This document shows, in pieces, positions 28,329 to 37,690 of a DNA stretch of 64,000 nt. The stretch spans positions 8,744 through 72,743 of the forward strand of contig CAVWIH010000024.1 in the NCBI GenBank assembly GCA_963755025.1. The letters are read 5' to 3'. Made by a program: the position numbers and the translations under genes. This DNA comes from an uncultured Actinomycetes bacterium (GTDB taxonomy: Bacteria; Actinomycetota; Thermoleophilia; UBA2241). The notes beneath the pieces were generated by a model. It did not search any database. It saw only the letters and a list, made by a program, of their open reading frames with translations, and had not been told where the DNA came from. Numbering within the stretch: the stretch's first letter is position 1; each line of letters begins with the position of its first letter.

Positions 28329-29693
28329 ATGGTCTTCATCACAAACGAAGAGATCCTCGAGACCGTCCGCATGATCCAGGACGAGAACCTCGACGTGCGC
28401 GCCGTCACCATGGGCATCTCGCTAAACGACTGCGCCTCGCGCGACGTCGGCCGCGTCTGCCAGCGCGTGCACGACAAGATCGTCGCCCGGGCCGGCCGCC
28501 TGGTCTCGGTGGCCCTCGAGATCCAGGAGAAATACGGCGTCCCGATCGTCAATCGCCGGGTGTCGATCACGCCCATCGCGGGCGTCCTCGCGGCCGGCGG
28601 TCCCGAGGCGTTCGTGCAGGTCGCCCACGCGCTCGACGCGGCGGCGGCCGAGATCGGCATCGACTTCGTGGGCGGCTTCTCGGCGCTCGTGCAGAAGGGC
28701 TTCACCGCCCGCGACACGGCGCTCATCCAGGCCATCCCCCAAGCCATCGCCGAGACGCAGCGCGTGTGCTCGTCGGTCAACGTGGCCTCCACGCGCGCCG
28801 GCATCAACATGGACGCCGTCACGCGCATGGCCGACGTGCTGGTCGACGTCTCGCGGCGCACCGCCGACCGCGACTCCATCGGCGCCGCCAAGATCGTCAT
28901 CTTCTGCAACGTCCCCGAGGACAGCCCCTTCATGGCCGGCGCCATGCACGGCAGCGGCGAGCCCGAGACGAGCATCAACGTGGGCATCTCGGGACCGGGC
29001 GTCATTCGCAACGTGGTGGCCCGCCACCCCGAGCTGCCCTTCACCGACCTGGCCGACCTCATCAAGCGCACCACCTTCAAGATCACCCGGGTCGGCGAGC
29101 TCGTGGCGCGCGAGGCAGCCCAGATGCTCGACGCGCAGATGGGCATCATCGACCTCTCGCTCGCGCCCTCGCCGGCGATCGGCGACTCGGTGGCCGAGAT
29201 CCTCGAGGCGATGGGACTGGCGCGCACCGGCGCGCCCGGCACCACGGCGGCGCTCGCCATGCTGAACGACGCCGTCAAGAAGGGTGGCCTCATGGCGACC
29301 TCGTCGACCGGAGGCCTCTCGGGCGCCTTCATCCCGGTGAGCGAAGACGCCGGCATGGTGCGCGCCGCCGCCGAAGGCGTGCTCAGCATCGAGAAGCTCG
29401 AAGCGATGACCGCGGTCTGCTCGCTCGGGCTCGACATGATCGTCGTGCCCGGCGACACCACGCGCGACGCGCTGGCCGGCACCATCGCCGACGTCATGGC
29501 GATCGGCATGATCAACAACAAGACGACCGGCGCCCGCCTGATCCCCGCGGCCGGCAAGGCCGCCGGCGACTGGGTCGAGCTCGGCGGCCTCTTCGGGGCC
29601 GCCCCGGTCATGCCCCTGAGCCTGGCCGGCAACAGCGCCTTCATCGCTCGCGGCGGGCGCATTCCCGCGCCGCTGCAGAGCCTGAACAACTAG
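28329..29693 (+). CDS. UPF0210 / DUF711 (PFL-like) protein
   Basis: Contains ILETVRMIQDENLDVRAVTMGISL..VNRRVSITP. Confidence 0.8.
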   Translation: MVFITNEEILETVRMIQDENLDVRAVTMGISLNDCASRDVGRVCQRVHDKIVARAGRLVSVALEIQEKYGVPIVNRRVSITPIAGVLAAGGPEAFVQVAHALDAAAAEIGIDFVGGFSALVQKGFTARDTALIQAIPQAIAETQRVCSSVNVASTRAGINMDAVTRMADVLVDVSRRTADRDSIGAAKIVIFCNVPEDSPFMAGAMHGSGEPETSINVGISGPGVIRNVVARHPELPFTDLADLIKRTTFKITRVGELVAREAAQMLDAQMGIIDLSLAPSPAIGDSVAEILEAMGLARTGAPGTTAALAMLNDAVKKGGLMATSSTGGLSGAFIPVSEDAGMVRAAAEGVLSIEKLEAMTAVCSLGLDMIVVPGDTTRDALAGTIADVMAIGMINNKTTGARLIPAAGKAAGDWVELGGLFGAAPVMPLSLAGNSAFIARGGRIPAPLQSLNN

Positions 29694-29708
29694 GCGGTCA
29701 CGACAAAC

Positions 29709-29755
29709 GCGGCGGGCCGGGCGCCAAAGGCGCCCGGCCCGCCGCGCTCTTGGTC
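29709..29755 (+). terminator. Intrinsic-terminator-like hairpin
   Basis: 17-bp perfect stem gcggcgggccgggcgcc/ggcgcccggcccgccgc with loop aaa, followed by a weak T-containing tail. Confidence 0.6.
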
Positions 29756-29782
29756 CTTAGTCCTCTGCTCTCGTTCGAGCCT

Positions 29783-30775
29783 AGATGATTGATTCCACGC
29801 CCACAGCCTCAGGCGCAGTAGTCGACCAGGGCGCGGCTCGGCCGTCCCAGCCGGTGGTTGAGGCTGATGCAGACCGCCAGGCAGCAGAAGCGTTGCAGGA
29901 TACGCTCGCGTAGCCCCGCCATGGTGCGTGCCCCGTGGCGCTCCAGGGTGAGCAGATCCTTGGCCGTCCAGAAGATCGACTCGATGCGCTGGCGGATGGG
30001 CGCCAGGTACGGGCCGGCTGCGGTCTCGTCCTTGCGCGCAGGTCGCACCACAGCGACGCCGCGCTCGGCGGCCCCGCGAGCGAACTCGCGCCCGGCGTAG
30101 CCCTTGTCGCACAGAAGGACCTCACCGCCGCGCGCCGCGCGTCGCAGCAGCTCGAGGGCCACCTCGCGTTCGCCGCGGGCGGGATCGGCGAGCGTAAAGG
30201 CCCGCGGGGTACCATCGGGAGCCACCAGCAGGTGGAGGCGAAAGCCCCAGAACCAGCGCGAGTGGGCGGCACAGTAGCCGTAGCCGGCGGCCTCGCCAAG
30301 CGCTGAGCGCTTGGCCGTCTCGCGGCTGGCGGCGCAGGGCAGCGGGGTCGAGTCGCACAGCAGAAGGTCGTCCGTTAAAGCCCGGGCTTTTGCTGGCGAA
30401 GACGCCCGTGAGCCACTCGATCGTGTCGGCCAGACGGCGGCGGCGTTTGTGATAGCCGGCCTGGCGAGGCACGTCGGGGAACAGATGGACGAGGCGCTTG
30501 CGGGCCGTCGCCAGGAAGCGCCGGTCGGATGGGATCCCCATGATCGCCTGGGCCACGCAGAGGGTAACGACCTCGGCGTCGCTCACGCGGCGGCGGGCGT
30601 TACGCCGTGCCTCTGGCAGAAGATCGTCGGCTGTGCAATAAACCACGGTGCAGAGAGTGTCGAGGTCGGCGTCCATCGTGGCCTCCGGGCAGACGGTGAC
30701 TTAGGGCACCGTCGGCTTCGGCCTCTCTGCTTCTACTTTCCTTGCCTGAGGCGAATCTCGTGGAATCAATCATCT
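29783..30775 (-). mobile_element. IS982-family insertion sequence (993 bp)
   Basis: Perfect 17-bp terminal inverted repeats AGATGATTGATTCCACG at 29783-29799 and 30759-30775 enclose the transposase. No target duplication was recognised. Confidence 0.8.
29809..30676 (-). pseudogene. IS982-family transposase with one frameshift
   Basis: The N-terminal part is in ORF 30122..30676 (MDADLDTLCTVVYCTADD..). The DDE part (DDLLLCDSTPLPC..LLCDKGYAGREF..RQRIESIF) is in the frame of ORF 29809..30225. The frame switch lies near 30371-30395 (aaaagcccgggc). Confidence 0.75.
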
Positions 30776-30786
30776 GGGGGCGCGGC

Positions 30787-31737
30787 TCAGATCTGGAGCT
30801 CGCCGAGCAGCGCCTTCACCTCGCTGAGGGTGTCGTCGAGGCCGAGCGCCGTGCAGGCCTTTTCAGCCTCGGTGAGCTGCAGGATGGCGTCGAGGGTCTG
30901 TCCCTGGCTGCGGTAGGCCTTGGCCAGGGCGACCTCGTCGTCGACCAGCGAGGTCAGCAGGGCGCGCACGTCGGGGTCGGCCAGGTCGAGTTGCCCGTCG
31001 CCGCTCGTCACGATGACGTCGGACAGCGACGCCGCCTCGGCGGGCGGCGCTGCGGGTGCGGCCTGGGCCGGTCGAGGCGCGGCTTCGGCTGCCGGCGCCT
31101 CGTCGACAGGCGCCGCGGGCGCGGCCTGGGTCGGCGGCGTGGCGGCGTCCGGCGGCGTGGCGGCGGCCGGCGGCGTGGCGGCGGCCGGCGGGAAGATGTC
31201 GTCGTGCGAGCCGAACGGGTCGACCGGGAAGGGGCCGGACGGCTGTGCGGCCTTCTCGGGTTCGGTCCGTTTACCCAGACCCTCGAAGCCGCGCGACAGC
31301 GGTTCGTCGAGGAACGAGCCGGCGGTCGCCGGCGGCGCGGCGGTAACGAGCGGCCGCGGCGCGGGCGCGACGCCGGCGCTCGGCGCGGCGGGAGCGGCGG
31401 TCGCAGGCGGGCCCGCCGGTGCGCTCGCAGGCGCGGTGCTCGCCGGCGCGGCTGGTGCGGCGGCCAGGGGCGCCGGGTCGGGCGGCCCGGCGGCCGGTGG
31501 CGCCGGCGCAGCGGCGGTCGTCGGGGCGGCCGGGGCGGCCGGGGCGGCCGCGGCCGCGCCGAGGCCGGTCCAGCCCGGCGGCGGTCCTGCGCCGAGGTCG
31601 GTCGGCTTGTCGGGCCTCGATGCCATCAGCCGTTCGTCTTCGCCGCGGTGGCGGACCAGGACGACGATGAGCAGCGCGGCGACGATGAGCGCCGCCACCC
31701 CGACTCCAAGCCATTGCATCTGGATCGCTGCGATCAT
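30787..31737 (-). CDS. Membrane-anchored Pro/Ala-rich protein with a conserved-looking C-terminal domain (hypothetical)
   Basis: ATG 31737 follows AAGGGGAA. There is an N-terminal TM helix, 18-bp DNA repeats (AATPPAAATPPDAATPP), and a C-terminus DVIVTSGDGQLDLADPDVRALLTSLVDDEVALAKAY. Confidence 0.6.
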   Translation of the reverse strand: MIAAIQMQWLGVGVAALIVAALLIVVLVRHRGEDERLMASRPDKPTDLGAGPPPGWTGLGAAAAAPAAPAAPTTAAAPAPPAAGPPDPAPLAAAPAAPASTAPASAPAGPPATAAPAAPSAGVAPAPRPLVTAAPPATAGSFLDEPLSRGFEGLGKRTEPEKAAQPSGPFPVDPFGSHDDIFPPAAATPPAAATPPDAATPPTQAAPAAPVDEAPAAEAAPRPAQAAPAAPPAEAASLSDVIVTSGDGQLDLADPDVRALLTSLVDDEVALAKAYRSQGQTLDAILQLTEAEKACTALGLDDTLSEVKALLGELQI

Positions 31738-31833
31738 GGCGTTCCCCTTAGGTCACGTGAGTCTCGAGTGCCAAGTTCTTCTCTTGTCGACCGTTCCCTC
31801 CGGTCGCTTGAAGGGGGCGGTAGAATCGGCGGC

Positions 31834-32846
31834 ATGATCGACCCAGCCGTGCTGCGCGCAACGATGACCGACCTCGACCAGCCGGCGTATCGCGCCACCC
31901 AGGTCTACCAGGCCCTCACGCGGGGCCTGGTCACCGACTTCGCCGCGATCAACGTGCTGCCGGCAGTCCTGCGGGGCGCCCTCGCCGAGCGCCTGCAGCC
32001 CGTCTCGCTGACGCCGGTCGAGAGCCGCGCGGCGGCCACCGGCGAGGCGCGCAAGACGCTGTTCGCCACCGCCGATGGGCGCGCCGTCGAGGCGGTGCTC
32101 ATGGTCTACCCCCGTCGTGCGACGGTGTGCGTGTCGAGCCAGGTCGGCTGCTCGGTGCGCTGCGCCTTCTGCGCGTCGGGCGCGCGCGGCCTGGTGCGTG
32201 ACCTCACGGCCGAGGAGATGGTCGACCAGGTGCTGCACTTCGCCCGCGAGCTGCGCGGCGCCGGCCGGGCCGTCACCAACGTGGTCTTCATGGGCATGGG
32301 AGAGCCGTTCCACAACTACGACGGACGCTGCGCGCCTGCCGCCTGCTGAACGACCCCGACGGGTTCGGTCTCGGGGCCCGCGGCGTGTCGATCTCGACGG
32401 CGGGGGTCGTGCCGGCCTTGCGGCGCTTCACCGACGAGGAGTCGCAGATCAATCTGGCCGTGAGCCTGCACGCCGCCACCGACGAGCTGCGCGACCGGCT
32501 CGTGCCGCTCAACCGCCGCTACCCGCTCGACGTGCTGCTCGCGGCATGCGCCGACTACGTCGCGCGCCGCCGCCGCAAGCTCTTCTTCGAGTACGTCGTG
32601 CTGGCCGGCGTCAACGACGGCGACGACCAGGTAAAGGCCCTCGTGCGGCGTCTGCGCAAGCCGCTCTATCACCTGAACCTGATCGCCTACAACGAGACCG
32701 GCGGCGAGTTCGCGCGCCCCCGGGCGCGCGAGCTCGCCGCCCTGGGCGAACGGCTCGCCGCCGCCGGCCTGTCGTGCACCGTCAGGCGCTCGCCGGGGGG
32801 AGAGATCGAGGCGGCCTGCGGCCAGCTCGCCGGCGCGCGCGCCTGA
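31834..32846 (+). pseudogene. rlmN: 23S rRNA/tRNA A2503-C2 methyltransferase RlmN (radical SAM), single frameshift
   Basis: GCSVRCAFCASG and MGMGEPFHNYD lie in frame 1 up to about 32320. TLRACRLLNDPDGFGLGARGVSISTAGVVP..CGQL continues in the frame of ORF 32385..32846. This could be a sequencing error. Confidence 0.7.
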
Positions 32847-32872
32847 TCGGCTCGCGGCCGGTCCGTAGTCGG

Positions 32873-33931
32873 TCAGAACGAGGAGGCAGGCAGACGTTCG
32901 CGCAGGCGAGCGGCGGCGTCGCGCGGGTCGACCGGGTCGACGCTGATGCCGGTGCCCAGCTCAAAGCCGGCGGCGGTCGTGAGGCGCGGGGCGATCTCGA
33001 TGTGCCAGTGGAAGGGCGGCCCGTCGCCGCCCTTGGGGGCGCCGCAAGGGACGGTGTGCAGCCAGGCGTTCAGCGGTGCGTCGGCGGTGGCCGCGGCGAC
33101 CGCGCTCAGGGCGCGCTTGAAGGCCGCGGCGACGGCGCCCGGGTCGGCGCCCAGAGCGTCGGCCTGGTGTGCGCGCGGCGCGAGGCGCAGCTCGTAGGGC
33201 CAGCGCGAGGCGTCGGGCGTCCAGGCCACGAGCGGCTCGTCGAACACCAGGCGCGAGCCCTCGTCGACGATCGCGGCCATCATGTCGCACAGGAGGCAGC
33301 GGCCGTACTTCACCTGGTAGCGCGCGAACTGCTCGAGCTCGTCGGTGAGCACGGGCGGCACGATCGGCGTGGCGAAGATCTGGGAGTGGGGATGGGCCAG
33401 CGACGCGCCGGCGGCGCGGCCGTGGTTCAGGATGACCGTGACCGCGGCCGCGCCGCCGGCGCACAGCGCGGCGATGCGCCGCTGGTACATGGTCACCACG
33501 GCGGTCACTTCGGCGAGCGGCTGGGCGTACAGCGGCAGGTCGTGGCGCGGCGAGTGCACGACGACCTCGTGGCCGCCCTCGAAGACCGGGAACTTGTTGG
33601 GCACGACGCGCACGGTCCAGCCCGGCGTGTCGGGGGCGCCGCCGGCCGGGCGCAGGGCGTCGAGCTCGGGCGGGGTCAGGCCTTCGTGGCCCTCGCAGAA
33701 CGGACAGTCGGCCGCGGTCGCATGGGCCGCCGGCGCGGGGGTCGCCGCCGGCGCGGGCAAGGCCGCTGTCGCGGCTGTCGCGGCTGGGGCGGCGTTGTCG
33801 GTATCGCGCGCGTCGGCGACCGCGGTGTCGTGATGCGCCGCGTCGTGGGGACGGGCGCCGCGGCGCGGCGCGATCACCGTCCAGGCGCCGCTCAGAGGAT
33901 CGCGCCGCAGGCCGCCCGGGGAGTCGCTCAC
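32873..33931 (-). CDS. GalT-family (HIT-like) nucleotidyltransferase, galactose-1-phosphate uridylyltransferase-like
   Basis: Contains CPFCEGHE, VVPNKFPV and AHPHSQIFA. GTG start. Confidence 0.75.
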   Translation of the reverse strand: MSDSPGGLRRDPLSGAWTVIAPRRGARPHDAAHHDTAVADARDTDNAAPAATAATAALPAPAATPAPAAHATAADCPFCEGHEGLTPPELDALRPAGGAPDTPGWTVRVVPNKFPVFEGGHEVVVHSPRHDLPLYAQPLAEVTAVVTMYQRRIAALCAGGAAAVTVILNHGRAAGASLAHPHSQIFATPIVPPVLTDELEQFARYQVKYGRCLLCDMMAAIVDEGSRLVFDEPLVAWTPDASRWPYELRLAPRAHQADALGADPGAVAAAFKRALSAVAAATADAPLNAWLHTVPCGAPKGGDGPPFHWHIEIAPRLTTAAGFELGTGISVDPVDPRDAAARLRERLPASSF

Positions 33932-33977
33932 CGCCGCGCGAGCCGGCCGCCGGCCGCCTGGGGAGCGCCGGGAGCGG

Positions 33978-34955
33978 TCACGGCTTGAAGACGAACGTGT
34001 CGCCGCCGGCCTGCTTGGCTTCGTAGAGCGCGCCGTCGGCGCGCGCCAGCACGAGCGCGCCGCTGTCGTCGTCGGGGCGCACCAGGGTGGCGCCGATCGA
34101 GATGGTCATGGCGAGCGACTCTTCGCTGGGCGTGACAAAGCGCGAGCCGCGCACCGAATGCAGGGCGCGCTCGCCGAGGCGGCGCAGATCGTCGTCGGCG
34201 CCCACGGCGCTCACCACCACGAACTCGTCGCCGCCGTAGCGCGCCAGCAGGTCGACCTTGCGGGTGCCGTCGGACAGGATGGTGGCCACGAACTTCAGGG
34301 CCTCGTCGCCGGTGGCGTGGCCGAAGGAGTCGTTGACCGGCTTGAAGTCGTCGATGTCGATCTCGATCACGCCGAAGCGCTGTCCGATGCGCTTGTACAG
34401 GTCGATCTGCTGGTCGAGCACGATGTCGATGTAGCGGCGGTTGAAGAGGCCGGTGAGCGGGTCGGTGACCGCCGAGTCGGAGAGCTTCTGGATGAGGCGC
34501 GTGACCTCGCGGCCGGCCACCGTTTCGAGCTCGCCGAAGACCTCGACGCCGTAGTAGCCGCCGTCGAGCGAGAAGCGCCGTGTCTTGACGTAGACCGCCA
34601 GGCGCTCGCCGTCTTCGCGCTTGAGCAGCACTTCGTTCACCGAGCGCGCGTGGCCGTCGGCGATGCAGCTCTGGAGCGGGCAGGCGTCGGTGCAGAGCTT
34701 GTGCCCGTAGACGTCCTGGTGGACCAGGATGTCGTCGTAGCAATGGCTGCCCACCACGTCGGACGCCGGGTAGCCGGTGATGCGCGCGGCGCCCTCGCTC
34801 CAGTAGACGATCTCGCGCTGGTCGTTGGTGACGTAGAGGCCTTCGGGGATGGCGTCGATCAGGTCGGTGAGGAACCGGTCGAAGGTACGCCGTCCGGCAG
34901 ACGCGGCCCGGCGCTCGAAGTCGGGCGGCGGCCGGCGCAGGGGGTCGGTGCTCAT
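33978..34955 (-). CDS. PAS-GGDEF diguanylate cyclase
   Basis: The PAS-like N-terminus has a Cys cluster. Contains DPLTGLFNRR, RYGGDEFVVV and ADGALYEAKQAG. The start overlaps the upstream stop (ATGA at 34952-55). Confidence 0.85.
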   Translation of the reverse strand: MSTDPLRRPPPDFERRAASAGRRTFDRFLTDLIDAIPEGLYVTNDQREIVYWSEGAARITGYPASDVVGSHCYDDILVHQDVYGHKLCTDACPLQSCIADGHARSVNEVLLKREDGERLAVYVKTRRFSLDGGYYGVEVFGELETVAGREVTRLIQKLSDSAVTDPLTGLFNRRYIDIVLDQQIDLYKRIGQRFGVIEIDIDDFKPVNDSFGHATGDEALKFVATILSDGTRKVDLLARYGGDEFVVVSAVGADDDLRRLGERALHSVRGSRFVTPSEESLAMTISIGATLVRPDDDSGALVLARADGALYEAKQAGGDTFVFKP

Positions 34956-35704
34956 GGGTCGATGCCGAGGTGGCCGTCGGACCCCAGGGCGGTTTCGAGC
35001 GTGGGCTTTTCGGAGCCTTCGCGCGATTTGTAGAGGAGCTGCGAGTCTTGCACGCGCTCGTAGTCGTCGTCGATGATCGCCCCCATGCGGCGCCACAGGC
35101 AGAGGTCTTTCTTCAAGTACTTCTCCTTGATGCGCGGGCTGCACTCGGCGGCGACGGGGCAGCCGTAGCACACCTCGTTGTCGACCACCGTCTTGCTCGT
35201 CTTCATGACCTCGCCCTCGTCGATGCGCCGGTAGGCGTCGAGCAGCAGCGCCTGCACGCTGCCCACGATGCGTATGGTGAACTCGGGCATGGCGTCGGAT
35301 TCGTCGAACTCGAACACGCCGTTCTGCCAGTGCGCCAGCGCGAAGATCTGGTCGAGGGTCTGTTTGGCCATGATATCGCGCACCTGGTCGGCGGTGATGT
35401 AGCCCTTGTCGAGCAGGCGCTGGCCGAGCGGCTTGGCCTTCTTCTGCTCTTTGCTGAGCAGCGTGTCGGCCATGAGCACCTCGGAGAGCTGTTGCTCGGT
35501 GAGCAGGCCGGCGCGCACCAGGCGGGTGCCCAGCTTTTCGTCGGTCATGGGCAGCGAGATTGCCTGCACACGCCCGTCGATCAGGTAGATGAACCCGAAC
35601 TCGTCGAAGTCGCGCACCTCGATGATGCCCGTCGCTTGACCCTGCGCCAGAAACTGCAAGACGCTCGCCAGGTCGAACCTTCGTATGGAACCAGACAGCA
35701 GCAT
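34952..35704 (-). CDS. DUF4388 (PATAN-like) domain protein with C-terminal Cys motif
   Basis: Contains GSIRRFDLASVLQFLAQGQATGIIEV plus CYGCPVAAEC..C. Confidence 0.7.
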   Translation of the reverse strand: MLLSGSIRRFDLASVLQFLAQGQATGIIEVRDFDEFGFIYLIDGRVQAISLPMTDEKLGTRLVRAGLLTEQQLSEVLMADTLLSKEQKKAKPLGQRLLDKGYITADQVRDIMAKQTLDQIFALAHWQNGVFEFDESDAMPEFTIRIVGSVQALLLDAYRRIDEGEVMKTSKTVVDNEVCYGCPVAAECSPRIKEKYLKKDLCLWRRMGAIIDDDYERVQDSQLLYKSREGSEKPTLETALGSDGHLGIDP

Positions 35705-35808
35705 GGGTATTTGCTTCGCTCCCCTTTCCTGCTGGTTTTCGGCAGAGTATGGCAGAAATGTTAGGATGGTCTGACGTTGCCGGCAAGCCGCGAGGGCTCG
35801 GGTGCGCG

Positions 35809-35838
35809 TTGACCCTGCCTCGCGGGGCTGGCTATACT
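35809..35838 (+). promoter_or_regulatory. Sigma-70-like promoter for rpmH
   Basis: TTGACC (35809-14), an 18-nt spacer, then TATACT (35833-38), about 37 nt upstream of the rpmH GTG. Confidence 0.5.
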
Positions 35839-35874
35839 AACCCCTTTGGATGTCAGTGAACGAGCGAGGACGCT

Positions 35875-36009
35875 GTGAAGAGGACCTATCAGCCCAACAC
35901 CCGCAAGCGCAGCAAGACCCACGGATTTCGCAAGCGGATGAGCACAAAGGCGGGTCGGTCGGTGATCAAGCGGCGGCGTCAAAAGGGACGCAAGCGGCTA
36001 AGCGCCTGA
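35875..36009 (+). CDS. rpmH: 50S ribosomal protein L34
   Basis: GTG follows GAGGA. Sequence is [43 protein letters not shown]. It is below the ORF-track length cut-off. Confidence 0.9.
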   Translation: MKRTYQPNTRKRSKTHGFRKRMSTKAGRSVIKRRRQKGRKRLSA

Positions 36010-36020
36010 CCGAACGGCGC

Positions 36021-36401
36021 ATGGCGGCCAAGCGCTCGCGGCTCTCCCGCTCCAGCGATTTCCAGCGTGTTTACCGCCAGGGTCGCTCGACCGCATCGCG
36101 ATTTCTGGTGTTGCACTACTTCGCCCAACCGGCCGGCACGGTCGACCAGGCGCCGCGTCTCGGCCTGTCCGTGTCCAAGAAACTCGGCGGGGCGGTCGTG
36201 CGTAACCGCGTCAAACGCCTCTTGCGCGAGGCGTTTCGTGCGAACGCCGAACGGCTGCCCGGAGACTACGACTACGTGCTGATCGCCCGCCCGCAACTCA
36301 CCGAACTGCTCGACGCTCCCGACAAGGGCGCCGTGCCCGCGGCCGTACGCGACGTCTTCGTGCGCGCCGGCTTGCTCGAGAAAGGTCAAACCGAGGCATG
36401 A
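36021..36401 (+). CDS. rnpA: RNase P protein component
   Basis: Contains [41 protein letters not shown]. Confidence 0.85.
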   Translation: MAAKRSRLSRSSDFQRVYRQGRSTASRFLVLHYFAQPAGTVDQAPRLGLSVSKKLGGAVVRNRVKRLLREAFRANAERLPGDYDYVLIARPQLTELLDAPDKGAVPAAVRDVFVRAGLLEKGQTEA

Positions 36402-36622
36402 TCCGCAAGCTCTTCATCGCCCCGATCAGGTTCTACCAGTACGCCATCTCGCCCCTGTTCGGGCCGCGCTGCAAGTACTACCCAAGCTGTTCCGAGTACA
36501 CGGTGCAGGCCATCCGCGAGCACGGACCCCTGAAGGGCATCGGGCTCGGCGCCTGGCGCATCCTGCGCTGCAACCCCTTCAGTCACGGCGGCGTCGACCA
36601 CGTGCCGCCGCGGCATGCCTAG
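36398..36622 (+). CDS. yidD: Membrane protein insertion efficiency factor YidD
   Basis: Contains [29 protein letters not shown] overlap with rnpA. Confidence 0.9.
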   Translation: MIRKLFIAPIRFYQYAISPLFGPRCKYYPSCSEYTVQAIREHGPLKGIGLGAWRILRCNPFSHGGVDHVPPRHA

Positions 36623-36625
36623 CCC

Positions 36626-37690
36626 ATGCTGACGCTCCTGCCGCATCTCGCGACCGTAGTCGCCAGCTTCCAGCACAACCCGGTCTTCCACGCGCTCGGT
36701 CAGATCTTCGGCCCGCTGGTCGACCTGCTGCGCGGTATCCTGCGCGCCATCCACGGCGTCATCGGCAGCTGGGGCTGGTCGATCATCATCCTCACCATCA
36801 TCGTGCGGCTCATCCTCATGCCGCTCACCTTCAAGCAGTACCGCTCGGCGCAGTCCATGACCAAGCTGCAGCCCAAGATCAAAGAGCTGCAGCGCAAGTA
36901 CAAGAACGACAAGCGCAAGCTGCAAGAAGAGACCATGAAGCTCTACCAGGAGTATCGGGTCAACCCGTTCGCGTCGTGCCTGCCGCTCCTGTTGCAGATG
37001 CCGATCTTCATCTGCCTGTACTACGCGATCAGGTTCACCCCCGAGATCCGCACCTCGAGCTTCTGGATCATCCCGTCGCTGGGCAAGCCCTACCTGCCGC
37101 TGTTCGCGATCTACATCATCTCGCAGTTCGTCTCGACCGAGCTCATGATGCAGCCCGAGACCGAGAAGCAGCAAAAGTGGCTCATGCGCGGCATGCCGAT
37201 CATCTTCATCTTCATCCTCTTCCGGTTCCCCTCGGGCCTCATGCTCTACTGGGTCACGACGAACCTCTGGACGATCATGCAGCAGGTCATCATCCGTAAG
37301 ACCGCGCCCAAGCACGCGCCCGAGCCGCTCGGACCAAAGCCGCCAGGCCGCTTCATGCGCGCCCTCTCGCAGGCGCAGGCCAAGGCGGCCGAGACGGCGC
37401 AGAGCAAGACCGATGGCGCCGTGCCGCGCGGCACGAGCGACGGCGCCAAGGGTTCCGCCGGCCGGCAGGGCGCCGGCAAGAGCGGCTCCGCCAAGGGTTC
37501 GGCACGGCCGGGCACCGCCAAGAACTCAGCCTCAAAGCAGGGCACCGCCAAGAACGGCGGCGACCGCCCGACGCAAAAGCGACCAGGCCAGCAGCGGCCG
37601 GCGGGCAAAGGCGGGGCGCAACCGGGCGGCAAGCGTCCCCCTCGACCGAGTGGAGCGAGCGATGGACCAAAGCGTAAGCCCACCTCCTGA
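36626..37690 (+). CDS. yidC: Membrane insertase YidC with long basic C-terminal tail
   Basis: Contains KLQPKIKELQRKYKNDKRKLQEETMKLYQEYRVNPFASCLPLLLQMPIF. Confidence 0.9.
   Translation: MLTLLPHLATVVASFQHNPVFHALGQIFGPLVDLLRGILRAIHGVIGSWGWSIIILTIIVRLILMPLTFKQYRSAQSMTKLQPKIKELQRKYKNDKRKLQEETMKLYQEYRVNPFASCLPLLLQMPIFICLYYAIRFTPEIRTSSFWIIPSLGKPYLPLFAIYIISQFVSTELMMQPETEKQQKWLMRGMPIIFIFILFRFPSGLMLYWVTTNLWTIMQQVIIRKTAPKHAPEPLGPKPPGRFMRALSQAQAKAAETAQSKTDGAVPRGTSDGAKGSAGRQGAGKSGSAKGSARPGTAKNSASKQGTAKNGGDRPTQKRPGQQRPAGKGGAQPGGKRPPRPSGASDGPKRKPTS

Noticed and set aside
35705-35874. oriC / DnaA-box cluster next to rpmH
   Set aside because: No TTATCCACA-like 9-mers were seen on either strand. Only a promoter-like TTGACC-N18-TATACT is present.
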